A stretch of 64,000 bases of DNA, from sequence record PV764601.1. One strand, 5' to 3'. The notes under the pieces are model-generated. The model saw only the letters and a program-made list of their open reading frames with translations, was not told where the DNA came from and ran no database searches. The first letter of the stretch is position 1. Every line of letters begins with the position of its first letter. The translations under genes were made by a program, and so were the position numbers. Shown here one piece after another: positions 27,929-37,015 of the stretch.

Positions 27929-28083
27929 TTGGACTCTCCTTTGTATCGTTGCGCCTGCTTCTTGGCAAGCACCATTTCCAGCATCTTGATGTGGTCACGC
28001 AGACGTTCTTCTGTCCACTGTTCGTACTGGTGGCCGCAGCCACACGGCGTGTCCCAACACTTAGGGCAATCACTCAGACTCAT
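27925..28083 (-). CDS. 52-aa Cys-motif micro-protein (not in ORF track)
   Basis: MSLSDCPKCWDTPCGCGHQY...; overlaps both neighbours. Confidence 0.65.
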   Translation of the reverse strand: MSLSDCPKCWDTPCGCGHQYEQWTEERLRDHIKMLEMVLAKKQAQRYKGESK

Positions 28084-28448
28084 TCTGCGGCCTCCACGGG
28101 GAAGGTGACGCCCGTCAGTTCGGTGGCGATGGAGAGGATCATGTCTTCGGTGTGCGTGATGGTGGTCAGTGCTTTGTGCAGACCCGCGCGCTGTTGTGCA
28201 AGGGAACTCAGGATCGCCAGTACGTGAGCGCGCTGTTCATGGCTGGCCTCTTCCAGCTTCTTCGTCCACTCAGCATGCAGAGCTTCGGTGGTGAGGTGCA
28301 TTTCATGCAGGGCGCTACGCGTAGAGCTGAAAGCGCGGAGTCCACGTGCGATACCCTGCATCGCCTCTGTGCCCGAGGACAGAGTGAAGTTCTGCATGTT
28401 GATGCTGTTGAGGGCATTGGCCAGTTCGTCATTGCTAAGGTCAAGCAT
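28080..28448 (-). CDS. Hypothetical coiled-coil protein
   Basis: Coupled ORF. Confidence 0.7.
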   Translation of the reverse strand: MLDLSNDELANALNSINMQNFTLSSGTEAMQGIARGLRAFSSTRSALHEMHLTTEALHAEWTKKLEEASHEQRAHVLAILSSLAQQRAGLHKALTTITHTEDMILSIATELTGVTFPVEAAE

Positions 28449-30057
28449 TGTTGTCTCCGGGTACGTGTCGCTGTAGGGTGTGGTGAACGATCTCGGCCAA
28501 CGGTTGTTCAGTGCTGGTGCGCACCATTGCGTTGAAGTGATCGCGGATCTTCGTGGCCGTAGCCTTACGGAAGAAGTGGACGTGGGAGCCTCGGTTGAAA
28601 CGCTGGATCAGCGGGGAAGGATCGTAGTAGGCGTTCGGCCCGATGGACAGCGGCAGCATCACAGCCCACACGGGACCATCCTCGCCACCAAGATCAGCAT
28701 CGGCAGGCACCGGGTTGGTGGTCACCTGCCATTCGGTATCAAGGGGAACGACAGCACCGTGATCGATAGCAGTAAGCGGCAGGGGTTCGGCCCACCACAC
28801 GTCATCTGGGTCCTTGCTCAGGTGGTTGTGTTCGTGCAGCGCGCGCTCAGCATCACGGGCAAGACGCAGTGCCTCAGCACGATCAATCCCACGTTCCTCC
28901 AACTCAGTGTCGCTGGCATCAACGTAGAACCGAAGAGCATCATACGCTCGCTTGAGGTTGGTGCACGGAGTCTCCATCCCATCAAAGGTAACGAAGCGTG
29001 CCATATCGGGATCAGTGCAGACGTACCACTGGCCATCAATCCTCCGGCAGTCACCCTTCTGCAAAGCATCGACGCGCGCTGCCGAGAGGGTGTTGAGAAT
29101 ACCGGTCATGCGTTCCTCCTGTGCAGCAAAGAATGCAACGGTAGACCGAATGCTTTCACGCATCTGCTCAGAGGGAAGAGTCTCGGTCAGGACAATGGCT
29201 GCGTCCTTGCCACGCTGAGACACAGCCCGCATTTCATGTGCAGCGAGCGCCACCGCGTGCAAGCCCTGTTCGGCTCGCTCACGCAGCGCCATGTACTTGT
29301 TGCAACGTTCAACCAAATCGTTGGGATCACTGGTGGTCATCGGCGCATCCGAGTCAAGGTAGTCGAGGTAATCAGCAGAGCCAAGGCGCATATCGGGAGG
29401 CAGGGATTCGAGGCTATCCACCGGGTCCATGCAATCAGCAGGCAGGCTACTGATCTTCATGGTGACCGAGGGCGACGGTGCACCAGCAGCATGAGGTGCG
29501 GGGTTCTCCCACAGTAGCTCATGGCCGTTCGGGTGGTCTGTCGTGCGTGCACAGTAGCAGGGTAGAGACTCTGCACCCCGATGCACGTGATGGGTGGACA
29601 CAGGGTCTACGGGTACAGCGCGCGCATCCCGTGCTTCCTCCACCGCTGTCTCTGATTGTACATCGGCTACGGCATCCCGTGATGCGCGCGCTGTACCCTC
29701 CGGCATCACCGTTACCCTAAGCTCATCCTCCAGCCACCGCATGCACATGGGCGTACCCGTCTCGCTGTATCGAGCAAGGTAGCACTCGGTGCCGAAGCTC
29801 ATGAGGTAGATGCCACCCTTGTACCCGTCGTATGCACCCACACCTTCCCGAAGCCTGTGCAACAACTCTGCCTTGCTGATGGTCTCGGGGCTAGGAGTGA
29901 ACGCCAAGCATTGGTAGTAGCCCCGGTAACTGTGCGGCATGTGCAGGCCATAGAAGCATTGACCTTCCGGCTGTGTCTCCACCCACTTGATGATCTGACC
30001 CAGCGTCAGGGGCGCGTTCGCATCCTCATCGTATCGGTCACGGTCAATCTTGAGCAT
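28441..30057 (-). CDS. Large mosaic hypothetical protein
   Basis: Start moved to MLKID; PHSYRGYY...GYKGG N-terminal module. Confidence 0.75.
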   Translation of the reverse strand: MLKIDRDRYDEDANAPLTLGQIIKWVETQPEGQCFYGLHMPHSYRGYYQCLAFTPSPETISKAELLHRLREGVGAYDGYKGGIYLMSFGTECYLARYSETGTPMCMRWLEDELRVTVMPEGTARASRDAVADVQSETAVEEARDARAVPVDPVSTHHVHRGAESLPCYCARTTDHPNGHELLWENPAPHAAGAPSPSVTMKISSLPADCMDPVDSLESLPPDMRLGSADYLDYLDSDAPMTTSDPNDLVERCNKYMALRERAEQGLHAVALAAHEMRAVSQRGKDAAIVLTETLPSEQMRESIRSTVAFFAAQEERMTGILNTLSAARVDALQKGDCRRIDGQWYVCTDPDMARFVTFDGMETPCTNLKRAYDALRFYVDASDTELEERGIDRAEALRLARDAERALHEHNHLSKDPDDVWWAEPLPLTAIDHGAVVPLDTEWQVTTNPVPADADLGGEDGPVWAVMLPLSIGPNAYYDPSPLIQRFNRGSHVHFFRKATATKIRDHFNAMVRTSTEQPLAEIVHHTLQRHVPGDNNA

Positions 30058-30544
30058 CTTGTTCTCCTTGTTGGTCACGCTTGATTGCTTCCCAGTTACG
30101 CAGACTCCACTCGCCCGCCTCGTATGCTGGTCCTCGCAGGGGATCACCATTCTCATCAACCCGTACTGCCCTGAGTCCTGACATGCTACGGAACACCCGA
30201 GCCTCAGCCAAGCTCACGGCCTCTCGTAGGTTCCAGTCTGTCTCCGCCTTGCCTAGCAGCCTGCGCGTGGTACCCGGCTGCATGGACAGGGCGTGCATAC
30301 TATCGGCCAGCCCCTCACCTAACTTCTGCATCGACTCCGGCGACACGCTATCCCATATCAGGGGAGGATCATCCTCGGTAGCGCACGTTGCAAGCTTGTG
30401 TGCCTCCACTGCTACCCCGATCATATAGGGTGGTTCAAACTCATACCCACCCAGCTTCTCGATCAGGGATTCGTAGTTCCCGGACGACACCTCATCTGCC
30501 AGATCAATCAAATCCCGCTCAGTCAGAATGTCACTCAACTTCAT
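30044..30544 (-). CDS. Hypothetical protein, MKLSDIL paralog family
   Basis: Coupled ORF. Confidence 0.7.
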   Translation of the reverse strand: MKLSDILTERDLIDLADEVSSGNYESLIEKLGGYEFEPPYMIGVAVEAHKLATCATEDDPPLIWDSVSPESMQKLGEGLADSMHALSMQPGTTRRLLGKAETDWNLREAVSLAEARVFRSMSGLRAVRVDENGDPLRGPAYEAGEWSLRNWEAIKRDQQGEQDAQD

Positions 30545-30666
30545 TTCCGCTTACCCCTCTTCCTAGTGTACTTGGATTTCCCGCGTTTCCTCACTCCCAT
30601 AGTGGTAGCCAATTCGGTCCACCCTTTGAAGAACCCATACAAGGCTGGGCTGATCCTAAACATCAT
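30541..30666 (-). CDS. 41-aa basic-tail micro-protein (not in ORF track)
   Basis: MMFRISPALYGFFKGWTELATTMGVRKRGKSKYTRKRGKRK*; GAGGT RBS; overlaps both neighbours. Confidence 0.75.
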   Translation of the reverse strand: MMFRISPALYGFFKGWTELATTMGVRKRGKSKYTRKRGKRK

Positions 30667-31186
30667 TAGGTACCTCGATAGCATGCTGGACTATCCCTAC
30701 CTTATGCAGCGCTTCGTCTATCAGATCGTCAGCGGTAGCGGTGTAGTAGAAGTAGCCGGGATCGAGTCGCATCCCGTTCACCCGATTCTGGACCGCCTCT
30801 ACGCTCTCAAAGTGAGTCAGCGCATCCTGGGGTATGGACTGCTGCCACCCGTACAGATTCGTGCTCACGTGCAGGTATTCCCTCCGGCCCCTACCACTCT
30901 TGTCCTGCCGGAACAGGACATAATCGCGCACACCCCTCTTGTACCCTCGGTCCTCCCTTGAATCTGGAGTCGCTACCTCGGTCCCCTTCGATGAGGCAGG
31001 AATTTGCACCTCGGTGTTGGCGATCACTGAGAAAAGTCGTGCTCCGAACAGGTCAGGATCAATATCGCTGTTGTCCCTGATGATTTCGGAGAGAGAAAGA
31101 CCTCGGACCACCACTAGGCGATGCAAAACAGATCGCACCACTTCGGTCACTGCGTCGTCGGGTAAAATATCTGAAATTTTGGTCAT
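30656..31186 (-). CDS. Hypothetical protein, MTKISDIL paralog family
   Basis: Start moved; first gene after the large intergenic region. Confidence 0.7.
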   Translation of the reverse strand: MTKISDILPDDAVTEVVRSVLHRLVVVRGLSLSEIIRDNSDIDPDLFGARLFSVIANTEVQIPASSKGTEVATPDSREDRGYKRGVRDYVLFRQDKSGRGRREYLHVSTNLYGWQQSIPQDALTHFESVEAVQNRVNGMRLDPGYFYYTATADDLIDEALHKVGIVQHAIEVPNDV

Positions 31187-31189
31187 TTT

Positions 31190-31830
31190 TGACCCTCGGC
31201 CATCAAAAAATTCATACCCTCGGACGGAGGGTGCGTTCTGCGTCGAAAAATTGGTCGGACAGGGCAGTGATGTTGCCATTTTGGCACCCTGTTTTGCCCA
31301 CACCCAATATTTACAGGATTGGCCTGCTCAGACTCAAAATATTTGAAAAATCCTTGCATCAAACTCGGTAATCCTTGGCAAGGATCGGGTGTCTAGACGC
31401 ATCCTGGAGCCCCTAAATTTTTTGCCCTGTGGGGTACCACGTCAAGGGCCATTTTCGGGTGTATTCCGACACTCCGACGGTGCCATTTTGGCAACGCATG
31501 AGGGGATGCCCGAGGTCCGAGAAGAAAATCTTCTTTCGGCCTCTACAGGAAGGTGCCAAATCCTTGACTCCGGTCATTCAGATGGTCAATCAGTCATATT
31601 TCGGTCAAAAAGAAGGGCCTCCACTCGTTCAAAGGGGAAGCCCTAGGGGTTTGCAGGGTGTTCGCACGAAAATACTGGTCTTTAGTGCCCTAAACTCCGG
31701 TAGTTGTCCAGATGATGCCAAAATGGCACCCTGTTGCCTTATCTGCCCGATTACTCAGTGGGTGTAACCGACAAGTAGGGAATTAGGGCGCTCAATGGTG
31801 CTGAGGATATGGGAGGGAAGTGGGTATGCG
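31190..31830. other. Candidate replication origin or genome-terminus region
   Basis: Non-coding, A/T tracts, three TGCCA-N3-TGGCA boxes (31274, 31481, 31716), promoter motif at 31308, GC-skew flip across it. Confidence 0.5.
31308..31317 (-). promoter_or_regulatory. Putative phage promoter CCTGTAAATA
   Basis: Exact motif, intergenic. Confidence 0.6.
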
Positions 31831-31970
31831 CACCGGATAGCGATCTGCCCTTGAGTTGGGTCGGCAGACAGGATGGTCACGCAGTAGGTGAGGTGTTTCG
31901 TGTTGTAGTCCGATTGAGAACAGTTGACCACAGCTGTTATGCCCAGCTTGGATCGCTGTGTCGAGTAGGG

Positions 31971-32243
31971 TCAGTAATGGGGAGACGTGGATTCCCCATA
32001 GCGACGGTAATAGGGTGATCCTCCCGTGATGGTGAATGGTGTGGTAAGCAGGGCAGTCAGTGTAGGATGACCAATGATTGCCGTGCGGTCAGACAGTAGG
32101 GCGGTGGAGCGCTGCTCCGAGAGGATAGCTCTGACCATAGGGGAGATTAGGTCATTGTCTACTAACTGCCTAGTCTGCTCCTGTAGGGTGGTTACTTCAT
32201 TCTGGAACGTATGATCTGGATGCGTAGCTGCTATCTCTTGCAT
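31971..32243 (-). CDS. Hypothetical protein with atypical codon usage
   Basis: GGAG RBS, ORF. Confidence 0.5.
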   Translation of the reverse strand: MQEIAATHPDHTFQNEVTTLQEQTRQLVDNDLISPMVRAILSEQRSTALLSDRTAIIGHPTLTALLTTPFTITGGSPYYRRYGESTSPHY

Positions 32244-32545
32244 GATCTTCCTATGCTCCTTCTTCTCTATGGGGTGGATACCAGCTTATGTCCCTGTGCT
32301 CTCTGTATTGTGTGCAGTAGGCTTATCCCCTGTCTATGCTTCCTCCCCTATGTTCTTCCCTGTATTCTCTTCCCTCACTGTCTATGCTGCTATGGTTGTC
32401 TCCCTATCCTCCCTATCCCTAACTACCTTGTTAGTGGGGTGGGAAGCTTTTGCCGGAGGGAATGTGCAGGGGAGGAGGATAGGCGGGATGGGTGTGGATG
32501 GGCCTAGAGTGGAGGGACAGGGGAATAGGGATTGCCGGAGGGAGG

Positions 32546-33274
32546 TTAGGAGTGCCACACCGTTCCCAGGATGTTTGCGGGCAGGCATCGCTCTGTCTTG
32601 ACCGTAACCTCCATGATCCTGTGGCTGCTGGCTGGGTCGAGGGCGTCGATACTGAGGTGGTCGATGGTCAGGGTGTGGACCGTGTTCCCTGCGGGGCTGT
32701 GGTGGTGCAGACACAGGGGTAGATTGGGCAGCAGGGGCAGCAGGATGTGGATTCCCAGAGTGTGGGGAATCTTGGCGGTCAGCGTGTAGGTAAGCTGGTC
32801 CTGCTGCTCGATGCTGGTCAGGAAGGTGAGAAGGGCAATCAGTTCAGAACTACCCTCCAGACCGAGTAGTTCGTTGTACCTGTGCAGCGCCCTATCCTGC
32901 TCTAGAATCGTAGCTAGGTTGGGGTGGTCGATCCGAAGCAGGTCTATTGCCTCCTTCCTGCCCTTCCTCCTATCCTCAGACTCTGCCGCAGCCTCCATAA
33001 TCTGAGACGTGGAGTTAGACTTTGGCGGGACTAGATCGCGGGTGAAGGTAGCCGGGCGTGCGTATGGGTCGTCGTAGGGGTAGCCGGAAGGATGTGCGTG
33101 CGGTGCTGGACAGATGCCCGTCAGGTATGCAGCCATGCTGGCGCGTGCAGCCGCCAAATCCTTGTCACCCGGTCCCCAATAGTTGATGTCTGCGTTAGCC
33201 TGCCGGTCTTCCTCAATCAGCTGGTCCAAAAGCTCCAAGATGGTTTCTGCTTTGTCGCGCATGAGCGTGTTCAC
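32546..33274 (-). CDS. Hypothetical protein
   Basis: GGAG RBS, coupled. Confidence 0.7.
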   Translation of the reverse strand: MNTLMRDKAETILELLDQLIEEDRQANADINYWGPGDKDLAAARASMAAYLTGICPAPHAHPSGYPYDDPYARPATFTRDLVPPKSNSTSQIMEAAAESEDRRKGRKEAIDLLRIDHPNLATILEQDRALHRYNELLGLEGSSELIALLTFLTSIEQQDQLTYTLTAKIPHTLGIHILLPLLPNLPLCLHHHSPAGNTVHTLTIDHLSIDALDPASSHRIMEVTVKTERCLPANILGTVWHS

Positions 33275-33642
33275 TGGGTTCTCCTTTCCCGCTGCATGAG
33301 GTAGTGGGCTTGCTGGTAGGCTGGGTATGCCTGCTCACAGATGGCCAGCAGGTGCTGGGTGTTGAAGGGGTCGAAGGGCTGGCCGTACACCCGAGTACAG
33401 TAGTGATCGAGGAAGGGGTCAGGACTGTCGGTGAACGTCAGCTTCCTGTAGAACTCGTCAATGTCCTCGATGCGCGTGGGGTCTAGCCCGTCTGCAATCA
33501 TACGCTCTGCCGCCCTGTCTGCGTACAGCTGGAGCATTTCCTTGTTGCTCAAGGGGCTAAGGACTTCGCGGTACACTTCTGACAGGCGGATGATTAGTCC
33601 CACGATGATAATAGCGCCCACGAAGGCGACTACTTGCCACAT
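33271..33642 (-). CDS. Membrane-anchored hypothetical protein (GQPFDP motif)
   Basis: N-terminal TM helix. Confidence 0.7.
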   Translation of the reverse strand: MWQVVAFVGAIIIVGLIIRLSEVYREVLSPLSNKEMLQLYADRAAERMIADGLDPTRIEDIDEFYRKLTFTDSPDPFLDHYCTRVYGQPFDPFNTQHLLAICEQAYPAYQQAHYLMQRERRTQ

Positions 33643-33902
33643 AGCTGGTTCTCCCTCGGTGGTTCAAGTTTGGTGCAGATCATTACCAGCACCTGCATAC
33701 AGGCAAAGTCTTCGGGATCGAAGGGCTGGCCAAAGAGGGTGCCCCCTCGCATCGCTTGTTCCCATTCTTCGTAGTTGATGTTGCAGTGCTCAACCACGTA
33801 GGCCCGAAGGTGGGTGAGGTCGTAGGGATCAAGATGCAGGCGCTCCATCCGCTCTAACCCGCGCTTCTTAATCTGCATGAAGATGGGTGACGGCTCAATC
33901 AT
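33630..33902 (-). CDS. Hypothetical protein (GQPFDP motif)
   Basis: Shares motif with neighbour. Confidence 0.65.
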   Translation of the reverse strand: MIEPSPIFMQIKKRGLERMERLHLDPYDLTHLRAYVVEHCNINYEEWEQAMRGGTLFGQPFDPEDFACMQVLVMICTKLEPPRENQLCGK

Positions 33903-34236
33903 GGCGCTTCACCTTGCCCATGACGCTCCAGATCACAATGTCACCCGTAGGGCCTAGGCGTACTGCTATTGCGCGTAGGGCCCAGTTCACGTCCACCACG
34001 TACAACGGCGTCAGGGTCCAGCCTGCTGCGTAAACTTCGTCTCCCTTCTTGATGCTGTAGTCTGCGTATTCGGGATCGTGCAGGCGTGGATCGTCGATGG
34101 GGTCAGGCTTCTTTACTCCCTTTGGCCAGAATTGAGCTTTGCCGGAGACGTTCCTGTGTGGGTCGCTGGTGCTCAGTGTGTCGGTAGGACGCGGGAGGTG
34201 GGGAGCACCCCGGTCTTGGAATTCGCTGTCGATCAT
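33895..34236 (-). CDS. Hypothetical protein
   Basis: Coupled ORF. Confidence 0.65.
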   Translation of the reverse strand: MIDSEFQDRGAPHLPRPTDTLSTSDPHRNVSGKAQFWPKGVKKPDPIDDPRLHDPEYADYSIKKGDEVYAAGWTLTPLYVVDVNWALRAIAVRLGPTGDIVIWSVMGKVKRHD

Positions 34237-34742
34237 ACCTCGATCCCCGTGTTGCCGCGCAGCAGCCAGATGGCCAGTCGTTCACGGGCAGTAGCGAACC
34301 TAGACTTGCCACGTCCGGTGATAAGCAGCAGCCCGTCCTTCTTCTTGTGGACGCGAATGGCCACGCTGTCGAGAGCATGGGATGCTTCGTGCAGGCGATG
34401 CTTGAGTGGCCCGTTCTCATCGTTGTAGCTCAGGCAACGCGCATGGCCCTGTAGGCTGCTGGCGAGGTCAGAGAAATACTTTTCGCGGGTCTTCGGCGGC
34501 GTAGGATCACCCATGCGGTTGTCTCCTTCCGGCTGGTTGGCGTAGGGGAGGTTGGTTTGATCCTGACTGCTGGTGTTACCGAGTTCAGACTTCTTCATGG
34601 TGGCGTCCTTTATGGGTTGACGATCGGGGTCAGTGAGTGCAGCCATCGTGGTTTGGCTGAAACCACGGGCGCGTCCTTTGGTTGGCGAGCGCAGGCCCTT
34701 GCCCGAGCAGCTGCTGCCCAGTCCTTCACCGTACTTTGTCAT
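34233..34742 (-). CDS. Hypothetical protein (start uncertain)
   Basis: Coupled ORF. Confidence 0.6.
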   Translation of the reverse strand: MTKYGEGLGSSCSGKGLRSPTKGRARGFSQTTMAALTDPDRQPIKDATMKKSELGNTSSQDQTNLPYANQPEGDNRMGDPTPPKTREKYFSDLASSLQGHARCLSYNDENGPLKHRLHEASHALDSVAIRVHKKKDGLLLITGRGKSRFATARERLAIWLLRGNTGIEV

Positions 34743-35095
34743 GGTGCTTTGATCCTTGTGATTGGCACACCGTGATGTGCGCAGTGGTCAGTCATATCCT
34801 TGGTGCCGTTACCGCCGGGGAACGACAAGAGCCGAGCGATCAGGGGACGCATTGCCCTATTCCTGATCGGCCCGGCTGCCTTGTTGCCATCACGATTCCA
34901 CATGGCACGGCAGCACACAGGTTGCACACCCGGCTTCGTCTCACACCATTGATCGGCTAACGTGTCCAGCCCTCTTGCCCCTCCGTGGACAAGATGGGTG
35001 AACTGGTACTTCTTGTGGTAGCGGTCGAGCTTCTTGTAGACCCAGGCTCTATCCTCTTCACCTAGGTCCCGCCCTCCTGTTACACCAACGATCAT
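34739..35095 (-). CDS. SLOG-superfamily YspA/DUF2493-like protein
   Basis: VTGGRD, LVHGGARGLD, AAGPIRN..M, FPGGNGTKDM. Confidence 0.88.
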   Translation of the reverse strand: MIVGVTGGRDLGEEDRAWVYKKLDRYHKKYQFTHLVHGGARGLDTLADQWCETKPGVQPVCCRAMWNRDGNKAAGPIRNRAMRPLIARLLSFPGGNGTKDMTDHCAHHGVPITRIKAP

Positions 35096-35505
35096 TAGAA
35101 CAGGCCACGCACCGCTTTCGGGATATGGCCCACGATGGTGTAATACTTACGTACCAGTTCCATGCTGCGAGGGTCTGCAATCAGCTGGTGCATGACCGAC
35201 AGGTGCTTGGGGTGCGACGGATCATCCAGCAGACGCTTCATGGCGATGCGTTCGCTGGAAGTGATCTGCGTGTAGCCAAGCAGACGTAGCAGCTGGGTGA
35301 TGAGGGGCGACGGATCGTTGGCGTCTACTTTGTTCTTCTTGACAATAGGCGGAACAGGTGCTGCCTTGTTCATGCCCACGCTGTCATCGGGATACGATGC
35401 ACGCTTGGGTGCCTCACGCTGACCATTGACCGTAGGACCGCGCCCGAGGGTAGGGCCACGGCCAATCCTGATTGCTTGAGTGATGGATGGGGACCAGTTA
35501 GTCAT
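35095..35505 (-). CDS. Hypothetical protein
   Basis: Coupled ORF. Confidence 0.7.
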   Translation of the reverse strand: MTNWSPSITQAIRIGRGPTLGRGPTVNGQREAPKRASYPDDSVGMNKAAPVPPIVKKNKVDANDPSPLITQLLRLLGYTQITSSERIAMKRLLDDPSHPKHLSVMHQLIADPRSMELVRKYYTIVGHIPKAVRGLF

Positions 35506-35893
35506 CAGGGTATTCTCCCTCAGCAGATGCAGGGGCAGCAGCTTCCGTGTTCAGCGGCAGGACCGCAGCTGGTGCCTCGACGTTCTGCTGGGCGGTTTCG
35601 ATCATGCGAACGTAGTTCTCATTGGCCGCAGTCACGTCTTCCAGTCTCTGCGTCAGCACAGTGACCAGTGCCCGTTGTTCGTCGGCTGCCTGATTGACCA
35701 CGTTGCCGTTGGCTTCGATCCGAACGCCTTGGGTGAGCAGCGCGGAGGTCAGGCATTGCAGGAACAGTTCCTTCATACCAAGCAGCTGCGTGGACTGCTG
35801 GAGTGCAGTGCGGGTAGCAGCCAAGTCACGGGTGAGGGAGGCGAGGCGTTCTTCAACACTCATGGAGGGGATTTCGATTCCAGCTTCTTGCAT
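35498..35893 (-). CDS. Coiled-coil hypothetical protein
   Basis: Start MQEAG. Confidence 0.7.
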   Translation of the reverse strand: MQEAGIEIPSMSVEERLASLTRDLAATRTALQQSTQLLGMKELFLQCLTSALLTQGVRIEANGNVVNQAADEQRALVTVLTQRLEDVTAANENYVRMIETAQQNVEAPAAVLPLNTEAAAPASAEGEYPDD

Positions 35894-35894
35894 G

Positions 35895-36269
35895 TTACTT
35901 CTCCGGGTAGATAGTGACGACCGACAGGTCATCCTTGACAGTGAGGGCGGCGATGGTCTTGCGCTTGTACTTGAGGCGGCACCCGTTAGCGTGCAGGTGG
36001 TTGACGACTTCGGTTACAACCTCGTTGGCAATGGCAACCACTTCTGCCCAACGCTCCACGTCATCACGGGTGGTCTTGGAGTGACCTGCCATAGCGATCC
36101 GCACTTCGATGCGCTGATAGATGACGGTTAGAATGAAGCTGCCCTCCATGCTGGCATCCAGATGGATGATCCGATTGCTGTAGAGCGGTAGGCGTCGCTC
36201 TGCCTTCACTGCATTGTCATATGCCTCGGGCCACGATCCCGCTTCTTCGACGTGGTTAAACTGCTGCAT
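35895..36269 (-). CDS. Hypothetical protein
   Basis: Coupled ORF. Confidence 0.7.
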   Translation of the reverse strand: MQQFNHVEEAGSWPEAYDNAVKAERRLPLYSNRIIHLDASMEGSFILTVIYQRIEVRIAMAGHSKTTRDDVERWAEVVAIANEVVTEVVNHLHANGCRLKYKRKTIAALTVKDDLSVVTIYPEK

Positions 36270-36636
36270 CGGTCTTCCTCTTCATGAAATAAATGTTGGC
36301 AACGTGCGGAGAGAGTGTGGCGAACGGCGTCTCACCTTCGGGGTAGATTTGGAAGTAAAGCTCCTTGTCCTCAGCGTAGCAGCATGCGGTGTTCCCGTTT
36401 ATCGCCCAATCACCTACAGGTACGGGCAGAGCCAGCTTGTCAGGGAAGTTGATTACCAGCTTGGCGCCACCCGCTACAATGCACAGCACTTCACCGCTTT
36501 CCATTTCGCACAGCACTTCATTGCCTGCGTGCGTGATTGATACCAGCTTCGCTCCCCAAATCAATTTGCTGAACTCGCCCGTGGACTGCTCTAGCTCACT
36601 CTTCATTACCATTTTCGGTCTCCTCTTCTTGTGCAT
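36256..36636 (-). CDS. Hypothetical protein
   Basis: Coupled ORF. Confidence 0.65.
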   Translation of the reverse strand: MHKKRRPKMVMKSELEQSTGEFSKLIWGAKLVSITHAGNEVLCEMESGEVLCIVAGGAKLVINFPDKLALPVPVGDWAINGNTACCYAEDKELYFQIYPEGETPFATLSPHVANIYFMKRKTDAAV

Positions 36637-37015
36637 CGGTATCGTGTAGGTCCAGCGACTTATACATCAGTGGAACAATGTTGATTTCGCTCGGGCGCAT
36701 CGGGTTGGCGCGTGCAACGAAACCTACCACTTGATTGCCCGGCTTCACTTCACCCCGATAGAAGGAGACACCACGCGCTTGCAGGTTGGTGAACACTTCG
36801 TTGACGCGACCTGTGATCGCAGCCCGGTTGGCAGCAGTGTTGGTTACACCTTCGTAGGAATGTGCTGCCATATGTACCAGCTTCTGGACTGCGGTGCCGA
36901 CCGCAGGATCATTAAGATCGTAACAGCCCGGAGTGGTGAATTCAGGTGGGACGATTAAGGTCGTCTCTTGCGTGTCCACTACCCTGACGTGTAGGTTCGG
37001 TGTTTGGTCGTTCAT
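36596..37015 (-). CDS. Hypothetical protein
   Basis: Coupled to SbcC. Confidence 0.7.
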   Translation of the reverse strand: MNDQTPNLHVRVVDTQETTLIVPPEFTTPGCYDLNDPAVGTAVQKLVHMAAHSYEGVTNTAANRAAITGRVNEVFTNLQARGVSFYRGEVKPGNQVVGFVARANPMRPSEINIVPLMYKSLDLHDTDAQEEETENGNEE

